NCBI GenBank assembly: GCA_965199855.1
Contig: OZ241326.1
Coordinates: 1,344,001 to 1,408,000 of the forward strand
Direction: 5' to 3'
Origin: a bacterium
GTDB taxonomy: Bacteria > UBA8248
Length of the DNA: 64,000 nt
The notes below the pieces were generated by a model that saw only the letters and a program-made list of their open reading frames with translations, was not told where the DNA came from and searched no databases. Position numbers and translations under genes: made by a program. Positions 40,577 to 50,046 of the stretch are shown here, one piece after another (within the stretch, counting starts at the first letter, position 1; each line of letters starts with the position of its first letter).

Positions 40577-40689
40577 GACAATTCGGGAGCCTCCCGCGCC
40601 GGAGAATTCGCCGGGCGGAGGCGTTTCTCCGGGCGTTGGGAGAAGAATCGCCCGCGCCGAAAAGCGGCGGATGCGTTTCTGCGAATTTC

Positions 40690-40935
40690 TGCAAAATCAG
40701 ACAAATTCACGGCTTTATCCTGCAAATAGAGAGCTGTTTTCCACCTTTTAGAGACCCCTTTGACGACCCTTTGACCATCCCGCCCGGCCCCGGTTCTCCC
40801 GCCTTCCTTCCCCTCCGGAGGCGCACTCCCGCCGCATCTGAAATATAACCCTGTCGGCCGCTTCCGCGGAAGCGCAAATGCGGGCAAATGCGGGCAGACG
40901 CGCGCGATTGCTCCACGCGGAACAATTTAGAGACG
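40690..40935. repeat. Dispersed non-coding element, copy 2, with a degenerate parS (40909-40924)
   Basis: Same ordered motifs as 4510-4740; TGCTCCACGCGGAACA differs from copy 1 at 2 of 16 positions. Confidence 0.75.
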
Positions 40936-41183
40936 GGATTTTCGGGGGAAAGCGCCCCTCCCGCGCGCGGCCGCCGCCAAGACTGACGGGGAAGATGATG
41001 GATTCCGCAATCTCTCCTCTCCGTCGGGCAATCCCTCCTCGTCGGGCTTGGTTTCCCGAAGCCGCCCCGGCGTATTATGATGCGCGCCGTCGGCTCACGT
41101 TCATTCTGCGGAAAATCCGGCGGTTCTCGTCGGGCCGCGCGCGGCGCCGGGGCGAATTCCAGGAAAACAAAGGGGAAAAGGGC

Positions 41184-42314
41184 ATGGCGGACAAGAAGGA
41201 GCTGGGGCTGGCCATCGTCGGCTGCGGGGTCGTGGGGCGCATCCGGGGCGCGCTGGCCAGGGATTTTCCCGGAATCGGCTGGATCGGCCTCTCCGACATG
41301 AACGAGAAGGTCGGCGAGAAGCTCAGGACGGACATCGGGGCGGATTACTTCACGACCGACTTTCGGGAACTCCTCGCGCGTCCCGAGGCGGACGCGGCGA
41401 TCATCGCCACCTCGACCTGGGCGCACGCCGAACCCACCCTCGCCGCGGCGGAGCGCGGCCTGCCCATGCTGATCGAAAAGCCGCTCGCCACGGACGCGCG
41501 CGAGTCCGCCGCCGCGCTCGCCGCGATAGAATCGGCCGGCGCGGACGCCGTCGTCGGCTACACCCAGCGCTTTCGCCGGCGCTTTCTGGCCGTCAAGGAG
41601 CGCGTCGAGAGCGGGCAGATCGGCGATGTCACGGCGGCCGTCACGCGCGCCTTCATGAACCGCATGGCGCCGAGCGGAGAAGTCCGCCTCTCGCGGGATC
41701 GCCGCTTTCTGACGCCCATGGTCGTCTCCGGCACCCACAGCCTCGACATGTGCCTGTGGCTCATGGGCGGCGCCGAGCCCGTCTCCATTTTCGCGCGCTC
41801 GACGGAGGGGATACTGAGCGGCCTCGGCACCAAGGACGCCACCTTCGGCGTGTTCACGATGGCGAACGGCGCCATCTGGAGCATGAACATCTGCTGGGCG
41901 CTTCCCAAGGAATGGCCCGGCGCGGTGTATGGACTCGAAATCGGAATCGTGGGCACGAGGGGGGTGGTGGACATCGAGGACACGCACCGCGACGTGGTGA
42001 TGGCCTCGGAATTTTCGCAGGGACCCGCCTACCAGCCCGAGGATTTCGACCTGGAGGCGCGGCGCAACGTCGATTTTCTCACCAGCTTCCCGCCGGGCGA
42101 CACGTATGGCGGAGAGCTCTGGGGCCCGATGCGCGAGGAGACGAACTCCTGGTTTCAGCGGATTTACTCGGGCAAGCGCACCCCCCACGCGACCGCCGCC
42201 GACGGGCATCGCAACCTCATGCTGACCATGGCGATGGACCTCTCGGCCAAGCGGGGCGCCGAGCTGAAGCTCCCCATCGAGCCGGCGGAGCTCATGGCCG
42301 GCCTCGAAGCGTAG
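41184..42314 (+). CDS. Gfo/Idh/MocA-family oxidoreductase
   Basis: GCGVVG, IEKPLA, GYTQRF and GTHSLD; SD before the ATG at 41184. Confidence 0.9.
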   Translation: MADKKELGLAIVGCGVVGRIRGALARDFPGIGWIGLSDMNEKVGEKLRTDIGADYFTTDFRELLARPEADAAIIATSTWAHAEPTLAAAERGLPMLIEKPLATDARESAAALAAIESAGADAVVGYTQRFRRRFLAVKERVESGQIGDVTAAVTRAFMNRMAPSGEVRLSRDRRFLTPMVVSGTHSLDMCLWLMGGAEPVSIFARSTEGILSGLGTKDATFGVFTMANGAIWSMNICWALPKEWPGAVYGLEIGIVGTRGVVDIEDTHRDVVMASEFSQGPAYQPEDFDLEARRNVDFLTSFPPGDTYGGELWGPMREETNSWFQRIYSGKRTPHATAADGHRNLMLTMAMDLSAKRGAELKLPIEPAELMAGLEA

Positions 42315-42374
42315 GAGCTCTTCTCTTTCTCGCCGGGCGGCGGGCGCGCGGGATTTTGGGGAAAAGACGAGGAC

Positions 42375-43532
42375 ATGGCGGCGCGCGAGCTGGGAATCAT
42401 TCTGCACGGAGCGACGGGCGGCGTCTGCTCCACGCAGCATCTGGGAAACGCGCTCGCGCCCATCATCGGCGAGGGCGGTCTGGACCTGGGCGGCGAGAAA
42501 ATCCTGCCGAGGCTCCTGCTCGTCGGCAGAAGCGAGCGGCGGCTGGCGAAACTGGCGGAGCGAAACGGCGGCCTCGCGTGGACGACCCGCCTTGATGAGG
42601 CGCTCGACGACGCGGCGTATCCCGTCTTCTTCGACGCGGCGGCCACGCATTCGAGGCTGGAGACGCTGAGGCGCGCCATCGCCGCCTCGAAGCATATTTA
42701 CGCCGAAAAGCCGGTGGCGCCCACCGTCCGGGACGGGATGGAGCTTCTGCGCGCGGCGCGCGCCGGGGGCCTCAAGCACGGCGCCGTGGAGGACAAGATC
42801 TTCCTGCCGGGTCTCCTGAAGCTTCGCCGGGTCGTGGAGAGCGGCTTTCTGGGGCGCGTCATCGGCTTTCAGATTCAGTTCGGGTGGTGGGTCTTCGACG
42901 GAATCGAGGCGGAATCCCAGCGCCCGAGCTGGAACTACCGAAAGGCGGGCGGCGGGGGACTCATCTCGGACATGCACCCGCACTGGCGCTACGTCGTCGA
43001 GGGGATTCTGGGGCCGATCGCGCGCGTGGCCGCCCTCTCGTGGACGGGACAGCCCGAGCGCGCCGATGAGGCGGGGAGGCGATTCGACGCGGACGTGGAG
43101 GACAGCGCGCATACGCTCCTGGAGCTCGAAAGCGGGGCGCGGGGCGCGATTTCGAGCTCCTGGGCGACCCGGGTGCGGCGCGACGACCTGCTCACCTTCC
43201 AGGTGGACGGAACCGGCGGGACGGCCGTCGCCGGTCTGAGGCGCTGCTGGAAGCAGGCGGCGCGCGATACGCCGGCGGTGCGCGGCTTTCTCATGGGCCG
43301 CGGCGCGGACGCCATGGACGTTTCGGTGGACTACCGGGAGGGATGGGAGGAGGAGCCCGACTTCGCCCCCTACAAGAATCCCTATCGCTTCGCCTGGGAG
43401 CGCTTTATCCGCCACGTAGCGGGGGATGAGCCTTTGGACGCCGATCTGTCCGCCGGAATCCGCGACGTCCGGCTGGCCGAGGCCTGTCTGCGCAGCGCGC
43501 GCGAGGGCGGCTGGGTGAGCATGACGCCGTGA
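42375..43532 (+). CDS. Gfo/Idh/MocA-family oxidoreductase
   Basis: HIYAEKP, DKIFLPG and QRPSWNYRKAGGGGLISDMHPHW. Confidence 0.88.
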   Translation: MAARELGIILHGATGGVCSTQHLGNALAPIIGEGGLDLGGEKILPRLLLVGRSERRLAKLAERNGGLAWTTRLDEALDDAAYPVFFDAAATHSRLETLRRAIAASKHIYAEKPVAPTVRDGMELLRAARAGGLKHGAVEDKIFLPGLLKLRRVVESGFLGRVIGFQIQFGWWVFDGIEAESQRPSWNYRKAGGGGLISDMHPHWRYVVEGILGPIARVAALSWTGQPERADEAGRRFDADVEDSAHTLLELESGARGAISSSWATRVRRDDLLTFQVDGTGGTAVAGLRRCWKQAARDTPAVRGFLMGRGADAMDVSVDYREGWEEEPDFAPYKNPYRFAWERFIRHVAGDEPLDADLSAGIRDVRLAEACLRSAREGGWVSMTP

Positions 43533-43562
43533 CGGCGCGCGGCGGCGGCTGAAAGGCGCGCT

Positions 43563-44078
43563 TCATCCGCCGGATGGCGGCGGCTTCGGACTTCCGGCGC
43601 CCCGCCCCGCCCGCTTGCCCGGAGCTTCGGGTTCGCGCAGTTGAACGTGGCCCTGCGCGAGAACGATGGCGGCGGCGTTGGCGAGGTTGTAGGAGCGAAT
43701 CGGCCCCGGCATGGGCACGTAGATGCGGCGCTCCGGCCAGCGTTCGTGCCATTCCCGGGGCAGGCCGGTGTTCTCGTTTCCCAGCAGCAGCACGTCGCCC
43801 TCGCGGTATGCGGCCTTGTCGAAGCGCGAGCCTCCGAACTTCGTGACCAGCCAGGGTTCTCTCTCCCCCAGCCATTCCAGGAAGAGACGCTCGTTTTCGT
43901 GGATGGTGAGCGTCAGATGCGGCCAGTAGTCGAGCCCCGCCCTTTTCAGGGCGGCGTCCGATATTTTGAATTTCGTGGGTTCGATGATGTGGAGGTGCGC
44001 CTCCATTCCGACGCACAGCCGGCCGATGTTTCCGGTGTTTTGCGGGATCGCCGGATGATACAGGGCAACGTGGAGCAT
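43563..44078 (-). CDS. trmL: tRNA (cytidine/uridine-34-2'-O)-methyltransferase
   Basis: PAIPQNTGNIGR, RAGLDYW, GNENTGLP and RSYNLAN. Confidence 0.93.
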   Translation of the reverse strand: MLHVALYHPAIPQNTGNIGRLCVGMEAHLHIIEPTKFKISDAALKRAGLDYWPHLTLTIHENERLFLEWLGEREPWLVTKFGGSRFDKAAYREGDVLLLGNENTGLPREWHERWPERRIYVPMPGPIRSYNLANAAAIVLAQGHVQLREPEAPGKRAGRGAGSPKPPPSGG

Positions 44079-44114
44079 CGGGTCTGACCGAGGGCGGATG
44101 GACGGGGACGGGCG

Positions 44115-45431
44115 TCAGGACGAGGCGGCGCCGCGAACGCTCGTCTTGTCTATCGCGTCGGCGAGAATGTCCATCGCCTCGTCCATCTGGCCTTCCGTCG
44201 TCGTGGCCGGGGGCACGAAGCGAAGGACGCTTCCCTCGCGCCGCTGGCTGAAGATGAGGCCGTTTTCCAGGCATCTGCGGTTGATCTCGCGTCCCTGGGC
44301 CGCGGCCGGCTTCTTCGCGCGCCTGTCCTCCACCAGTTCGATCCCCTGAAGGAGCCCGCGGCCCCGGACGTCTCCCACCATTTCATACTGCTCGCCCAGC
44401 CGGTCGAGGCGATCTCTCAGGTGAGCGCCGATTTTCCTCGCCCTGGCGGGCACGTCTTCCCGCTCGATGACGTCCAGGCTCGCCACCCCCGCGGCGCAGG
44501 CGAGCGGGTCGTTGGTGTGCGAGTGGGTGACGACGAACTCCGAGGACGCCACCCTGTCCTCGACCTTGGCGCTCGTCGAGACGGAGCTGATGCTCACGCC
44601 TCCGCCGAAATGCTTGGCGAGCGTGACGACGTCGGGCGTCACCTCGTCCTTCTCGAAGCCGAACATGGCTCCCAGCTTGCCGAGTCCCGTCTGCTCGTCG
44701 TCCACGATGAGGAGCATCTCGCGCGCCTCGCAGCCCTCCTTGAGCTTCCTGAGCCATCCGGGCGGCGGCTCCACCACTCCGCCCGCGCTGAACAGCGGCT
44801 CGGTGATGACGGCCGCGGGCCTGCTCGTCGTCTGGGCGTCGATGAGCTCGAAGCTCGTGTCCAGGCAGGCGATTTCGCAGTCGGGGAATTTCTGGCTCAG
44901 GGGGCAGCGGTAGCAGTAGGGCGCGACCATGGCCAGGCTCCCGGGCGCGAGCGGCCCGTGTCCGCTGTGCCAGCCGGCGAAGGTGAGAGAGCGCGCCGTA
45001 TCGGAGAGGCCGTGAAAGCTGATGTGGGGGCTCGCCACCTCGAAGCCGCCCGTGAATTTCCGGGCGATCGTCACCGCCGCTTCGTTGGCGTCCGCGCCGG
45101 AGCCGAGAAAGAGGCTTTTCTCGAGCGGGGGCGGCAGCAGTTCGCCCAGACGCTCGGCGAGGGCGATCTCCTGGTCGTTGAAGAAGCTGCTGTGCGCGTG
45201 AATGAGGGCGTCGCAGCTTTTCCTGATGGCGGCGGTGATGGTGGGGTGGTTGTGTCCGAGCGCCGAGCACATCTGCCCCGAGTTGAAGTCGATGTATCGC
45301 TTGCCGTTCACGTCCTCGACGGTGGAGCCTTCGCCGCGCGCGAAGACGGGCCCCGAGAAGACCGATTTGTCCACCCGGCCGCGAAAGCTGTATTTCCTTG
45401 CGGAGTCGAGCAGGTCTTTTTCGCTTCGCAT
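44115..45431 (-). CDS. Class III PLP enzyme, 2,2-dialkylglycine decarboxylase-like
   Basis: DFNSGQMCSALGHNHP, GADANEAA, SFHG, EQTGLG, LAKHFGGG and HTNDPL; GGAGG before 45431. Confidence 0.85.
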   Translation of the reverse strand: MRSEKDLLDSARKYSFRGRVDKSVFSGPVFARGEGSTVEDVNGKRYIDFNSGQMCSALGHNHPTITAAIRKSCDALIHAHSSFFNDQEIALAERLGELLPPPLEKSLFLGSGADANEAAVTIARKFTGGFEVASPHISFHGLSDTARSLTFAGWHSGHGPLAPGSLAMVAPYCYRCPLSQKFPDCEIACLDTSFELIDAQTTSRPAAVITEPLFSAGGVVEPPPGWLRKLKEGCEAREMLLIVDDEQTGLGKLGAMFGFEKDEVTPDVVTLAKHFGGGVSISSVSTSAKVEDRVASSEFVVTHSHTNDPLACAAGVASLDVIEREDVPARARKIGAHLRDRLDRLGEQYEMVGDVRGRGLLQGIELVEDRRAKKPAAAQGREINRRCLENGLIFSQRREGSVLRFVPPATTTEGQMDEAMDILADAIDKTSVRGAASS

Positions 45432-45571
45432 GGCCGTAGCCTCCATGGAGAGCAGGGGGAGGCGCTCGCGCGAACGCCGCTTTTTCGCCGGGGCCGCGCG
45501 CCCTGAAGCGCGCTTCGCGCGCGGCGCGTCCTTCAGCCCTGCCGCGTTCGGGTGAGCAATCCCCCGCTGAT

Positions 45572-45595
45572 ATATGCTTTAATGCTACCGCATAT
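45572..45595. promoter_or_regulatory. Inverted-repeat operator ATATGC-N12-GCATAT in a divergent promoter region
   Basis: Perfect 6-bp arms with the same spacing as the site at 24595-24618. Confidence 0.55.
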
Positions 45596-45688
45596 TGGAG
45601 GCTTCGGGTATGCCCTTTCATCGGGCGGCGGTTCGTGAAGCCGCCTGTTGCGGGCGTCGTGCGGGATGGCCGCCGGGGGTGATTTCGG

Positions 45689-47239
45689 ATGAACATGGCG
45701 GAGTTTCTGGCCCGGGCGGCCGGCGCCTGCGGAGAGCGGCCGGCCATATCCGCAGGCGAGAGGGTTCATTGCGCGTATGGGGAGCTCTTCGAGAGGGCGG
45801 CTTCCATGGCGGGGCGTCTGCGCGGCGAATTCGGCCTGGAGCCCGGCGATCGCGTGGCTCTCGTCATGAGGAATTGCCCGGCGTTTCTGGAGGTTCTCTA
45901 CGCCGTATGGCACGCGGGCTGCTGCGCGCTGCCCGTCAACGCGAAGCTTCATCCCCGGGAGATGGCCTTCATCCTGGAGAACGCGGGCGCGCGCTGCTGC
46001 TTCGCCACCCCCGACCTCATCGGGACGGTGGAGCCGCTGCTCGATGAAGTCGAAGCCCTGGAGCGCGTGATAGAGGCCGGCGCTTCCGATTATCTGGCCA
46101 TGCAGGCTGGGGAGGCGGCTCCCGTGGAACCCCGGGCGCCGGACGATCTGGCCTGGCTTTTCTATACGAGCGGCACGACGGGCAGGCCCAAGGGCGCCAT
46201 GCTCACGCACCGGAACCTGCACAGCATGAGCCTGGCCTATTTCGCCGACGTCGACGCGGTCTCGGAGAGCAGCTGCATCCTGCACGCCGCTCCCATGTCC
46301 CACGGCTCGGGCCTCTACGCCGTCCCCCACGTGATCAGGGCCGCGAACAACGTGGTTCCCGACAGCGGGGGCTTCGAGCCCGAGGAGATTTTTCGGCTCA
46401 TCAAGGCCGCCTGGCCGGGCGTCGCCATGTTCGCGGCGCCCACCATGGTGACGCGCCTGATCCGGAGCGAGGCGATGCGGGACGCGGATACGAGGAACCT
46501 CAGGACCATCATCTACGGCGGAGGCCCGATGTATGTGGAGGACCTCAAGAAGGCCATGGCCCGCCTCGGGAACAAGCTCGTCCAGGTGTATGGGCAGGGG
46601 GAGAGCCCCATGACCATCACCGTTCTCTCCAGGGAGCGCCATGCGGACGCGAACCACCCGCGCTATGAGGAGCGGCTCGCGTCCGTCGGCGTCCCGCACG
46701 CCGTGGTCGAGGCGCGCGTGGCCGATGAAGAGGACAATCCCCTGCCGCCCGGGGAGGTCGGCGAGGTGCTGGTGCGCGGCGACGTCGTGATGAAGGGCTA
46801 TTGGGACAACGCCGAGGCCACGGCGCGCGCGCTCAGGGGCGGATGGCTTCACACGGGCGACGTGGGGACGATGGATGAGGACGGCTTCCTCACCCTCAAG
46901 GATCGCTCCAAGGATCTCATCATCAGCGGCGGCAGCAACGTCTATCCCCGCGAGGTGGAGGAGGCGCTTCTGCGCCACGAGGGCGTTCTGGAGGTCTCCG
47001 TCATCGGGCGGCCCCACCCGGACTGGGGCGAGGAGGTCGTCGCCTTCGTCGCGCTCAAGAGCGGGAAAAGCGCGGGCGAGGAGGAACTCGACAGCCTGTG
47101 TCTCGAGCGCATCGCGCGCTTCAAGCGTCCCCGCGCCTATCGCTTCGTGGAGAGCCTTCCCAAGAACAATTACGGCAAGGTGCTGAAAACGGCGCTTCGG
47201 GAGATGCTGGAGCGCGAGTCCGGCGAGGATGATGGGTGA
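45689..47239 (+). CDS. Acyl-CoA synthetase (AMP-binding)
   Basis: YTSGTTGRPKG, YGQGE, WLHTGD and LPKNNYGKV. Confidence 0.93.
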   Translation: MNMAEFLARAAGACGERPAISAGERVHCAYGELFERAASMAGRLRGEFGLEPGDRVALVMRNCPAFLEVLYAVWHAGCCALPVNAKLHPREMAFILENAGARCCFATPDLIGTVEPLLDEVEALERVIEAGASDYLAMQAGEAAPVEPRAPDDLAWLFYTSGTTGRPKGAMLTHRNLHSMSLAYFADVDAVSESSCILHAAPMSHGSGLYAVPHVIRAANNVVPDSGGFEPEEIFRLIKAAWPGVAMFAAPTMVTRLIRSEAMRDADTRNLRTIIYGGGPMYVEDLKKAMARLGNKLVQVYGQGESPMTITVLSRERHADANHPRYEERLASVGVPHAVVEARVADEEDNPLPPGEVGEVLVRGDVVMKGYWDNAEATARALRGGWLHTGDVGTMDEDGFLTLKDRSKDLIISGGSNVYPREVEEALLRHEGVLEVSVIGRPHPDWGEEVVAFVALKSGKSAGEEELDSLCLERIARFKRPRAYRFVESLPKNNYGKVLKTALREMLERESGEDDG

Positions 47240-47259
47240 CGGGCGCCGTCCGCTATCCG

Positions 47260-47385
47260 GCGGTTTCCGCCGCGCCCGCCGCCTGCGCGGTAGAGGAGGT
47301 CGAAGCCGACCCCGTCGCCTTGAAGGCGCACCGGGGAATTTATGCGAATTTCGTGAACCTGCTGGATGTGCGCGCCGTCGGCGCG
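47260..47385 (+). pseudogene. Short remnant resembling the C-terminal part of the allophanate hydrolase amidase domain
   Basis: EEVEADPVALKAHRGIYANFVNLLDVRAV resembles the recalled AtzF segment (V.ADP..LNS.LG.YTNFVNLLD..A). Confidence 0.55.
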
Positions 47386-47401
47386 CTGACGGGAAAATGG
47401 C

Positions 47402-48739
47402 ATGATGGAAGAGGGCAATCCAGCCCGGATGGGCGCCCTTCGCGCGGCGGAGGCGATGCGCGAAGGCGAATTGACGTCGGAGGAGCTCGTCAAGGCGTGC
47501 CTGGAGCGCATCCGGGCGCGTGAGGAGCGGGTCGGCGCCTGGGCGCACCTGGATGAGGAATTCGCCCTGACGCAGGCGAGAGAAGCCGACCTCGCCAGAC
47601 GGGAGGGAGGCGCCCTCGGCCCGCTTCACGGCGTCCCCGTCGGCGTCAAGGACATCATCGACACGTCCGACCTGCCCACGGAATACGGCACGCCGCTTCA
47701 CGCGGGCCGCCGGCCCGCCGAGGACGCCGCGGTCGTCTCCCTGCTCAAGAGCGCCGGCGCCGTCATCATGGGCAAGACCGTGACGACGGAGTTCGCCGTC
47801 TATTCCCCCGGCAAGACGGCGAACCCCCGCGATCCGAAGCGCACGCCCGGCGGGTCGTCGAGCGGCTCGGCCGCCGCCGTCGCCTCCCGCATGGTCCCCG
47901 CGGCGATCGGCACCCAGACCAACGGCTCCGTCATCCGGCCCGCCTCCTTTTGCGGCGTCCATGGGTTCAAGCCCACCTTCGGGAGGATTTCGCGGCGCGG
48001 CGTCCTTCCGCAGTCGAGGCCGCTCGATCACGTGGGCCTCTTCGGACGCTCGGTCGAGGACGTCGCCTTTCTCGCGGATCAGTTGATGGTCTTCGACGAG
48101 CGCGATCCCGACATGCGGCGTCGCGCGGCGCCGAAGCTGCTGGACGCCGCCCTCTCGGAGCCTCCGGTGACCCCGCGTCTGGCGTTCGTGAAAACGCCCG
48201 TCTGGGATCAGGCCGAGGCGGACGCGCGGGCGGCTTTCGAGGAGCTGGCGGCGCGTCTGGGCGAGGAGGCGGAGGAGATCGATCTGCCCGATCCCTTCAG
48301 GAGCGCGATCGACTGGCACCGAACCATCCTGGAGGCGGACCTCGCGCGCGAGTTCGGGGCGGACTGCGAGCGGGGCGGGGAGAAGATGAGCGGCGTCCTG
48401 CGCGAGATGATCGAGCGCGGCGGGAAATGCCTCGCGGTGGACTACAACCGGGCGGTCGAGGGGGCATCCGCGCTGAACGGCCTGCTGGAGGAGGTGTTTC
48501 ACCGGTGCGACGCCGTCCTCACGCCGGCCGCCCCCGGCGAGGCGCCCGTCGGGCTCGGCTCGACGGGGAATCCGGTTTTCTGCACCATCTGGACGCTGTG
48601 CGGAACGCCGGCGGTGACGCTTCCCTTGATGGAGGGGAGCGGCGGAATGCCCATCGGGGTTCAGCTCGTCGGGCCCAAGGGAGACGACGCCAGGCTTCTG
48701 CGGACGGCGAAATGGCTGGAGTCCCGGGTCGGGGAGTGA
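47402..48739 (+). CDS. Amidase-signature family enzyme
   Basis: VGVKD, TPGGSSSGSAAAV and GTQTNGSVIRPAS. Confidence 0.93.
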   Translation: MMEEGNPARMGALRAAEAMREGELTSEELVKACLERIRAREERVGAWAHLDEEFALTQAREADLARREGGALGPLHGVPVGVKDIIDTSDLPTEYGTPLHAGRRPAEDAAVVSLLKSAGAVIMGKTVTTEFAVYSPGKTANPRDPKRTPGGSSSGSAAAVASRMVPAAIGTQTNGSVIRPASFCGVHGFKPTFGRISRRGVLPQSRPLDHVGLFGRSVEDVAFLADQLMVFDERDPDMRRRAAPKLLDAALSEPPVTPRLAFVKTPVWDQAEADARAAFEELAARLGEEAEEIDLPDPFRSAIDWHRTILEADLAREFGADCERGGEKMSGVLREMIERGGKCLAVDYNRAVEGASALNGLLEEVFHRCDAVLTPAAPGEAPVGLGSTGNPVFCTIWTLCGTPAVTLPLMEGSGGMPIGVQLVGPKGDDARLLRTAKWLESRVGE

Positions 48740-48852
48740 TTTGACGGACGGCTCCGGACAACGGGATTCAGCGTGGTTTTCACGCGCGCTTCGGACGCGG
48801 GAGCTTCAGGCCGCCGCGCCATGCGGCGGAATGCGGGGGGGAGGCTGCAGTC

Positions 48853-49023
48853 ATGGAAAATATCGCCGCCGGCCTGATCGCCGCGTCTTTGGTCGTTCTC
48901 TTTCTGTGCTTCTACGCGGTCAAGATAGCGTCCGTTCCCCTCCGGATCATCATCGGCGGCGTGATCGTCATGATCCTGTTCGATTTCAGGGATTCCCTGT
49001 CCGATCCCCAAAACGGGGAGTGA
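48853..49023 (+). CDS. 56-aa two-TM small membrane protein (not in ORF track)
   Basis: SD GGAGG followed by MENIAAGLIAASLVVLFLCFYAVKIASVPLRIIIGGVIVMILFDFRDSLSDPQNGE. Confidence 0.7.
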   Translation: MENIAAGLIAASLVVLFLCFYAVKIASVPLRIIIGGVIVMILFDFRDSLSDPQNGE

Positions 49024-49030
49024 TGCCAAG

Positions 49031-50008
49031 ATGCCACTCTCTTCCTCTCCTCTGTTTGATGCCTACCTGATGGTCGATTGGAGCGCCTCGGCGAAACCTA
49101 AAACCGGGAAAGATTCCATCTGGTTCGCTCTCGCTGAATGGAGAGCCGCCGGGCTTTGGCTGAGCAAGCTGGAAAATCCTCCAACGCGCTGGCGTGCGCG
49201 TGATATGTTGGCCTGTTTGCTGGCCGATTTGTTGGCGAAAGGCAAGCGCGTGCTGGTGGGGTTCGACTTCCCCTTCGGCTACCCACATGGCACGGCCAGG
49301 GCTCTGGGGCTGGCAGGTATGCCATGGCGCGCGGCTTGGGAAACATTGTCCGGTTGGGTGAGCGATGATGAGAAGAATCGAAACAACCGGTTTGAGGTAG
49401 CTGGTCGATTGAATCAGAAGATTGGCTACCGGGAAGGACCATTCTGGGGGCATCCTCCGCAGCATAAAGACTGCTATACCTGTTTGAAGCCCACTCGGCC
49501 CGCCTATGATTTCGGCCTCGCCGAAAAGCGGATTTGCGAACGTTTCATTACAGGCCCTCAGCCGGTTTGGAAATTGAACGGCGCGGGATCAGTCGGTGGA
49601 CAAACCCTGACCGGCCTGCCGGTTGTCCACGCCCTGCGGAAAGATTCTCGTTTGAGAAGGCGCTCCCGCATCTGGCCTTTCGAGACGGGTCTCAAGACGC
49701 TTGATATGGATGATTTGAAACACCAGCCTGTTGTGTTTGCGGAAATCTACCCCTCGCTGGTGATTCCATGCTCATCGTCAGGGCAAGTGAAAGACGCGCT
49801 ACAAGTTCAGGCGATAGCTGCATATATGGCGGAGTTTGATAAACGAGGACGATTGAAGGAGCTGTTTGCGGGCGCGCTAGATTTGAAGCCGAATGAGCGG
49901 CGGAGCGTGGAACGTGAGGAGGCGTGGATACTGGGCGTTTCTGGCCCAAGGTCGAGATCGGGCGCCGCCGAGGTGGATGTCGCCAGCGCTTTCGCCGGCG
50001 TGGATTGA
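49031..50008 (+). CDS. Lower-GC RNase H-like (DUF429-like) predicted nuclease
   Basis: YLMVDWSA, LVGFDFPFGYP, IWPFETG, AEIYPS, DALQV and EEAWILG; codon usage differs from neighbours. Confidence 0.75.
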   Translation: MPLSSSPLFDAYLMVDWSASAKPKTGKDSIWFALAEWRAAGLWLSKLENPPTRWRARDMLACLLADLLAKGKRVLVGFDFPFGYPHGTARALGLAGMPWRAAWETLSGWVSDDEKNRNNRFEVAGRLNQKIGYREGPFWGHPPQHKDCYTCLKPTRPAYDFGLAEKRICERFITGPQPVWKLNGAGSVGGQTLTGLPVVHALRKDSRLRRRSRIWPFETGLKTLDMDDLKHQPVVFAEIYPSLVIPCSSSGQVKDALQVQAIAAYMAEFDKRGRLKELFAGALDLKPNERRSVEREEAWILGVSGPRSRSGAAEVDVASAFAGVD

Positions 50009-50046
50009 ACCGGCCGATCGAAGCGCCCCGGATCCCCGGATAAAAT

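Noticed and set aside
40330-41180. Integrative element or prophage at tRNA-fMet
   Set aside because: No integrase, and I found no duplicated tRNA 3' end in the window.
45533-48502. Very long antisense or alternate-frame ORFs (989 aa here; also 40707-43415, 22304-24889, 51528-54134)
   Set aside because: Arg/Ala/Pro-rich with no motifs, lying opposite well-supported genes. This is expected from stop-codon scarcity at high GC.
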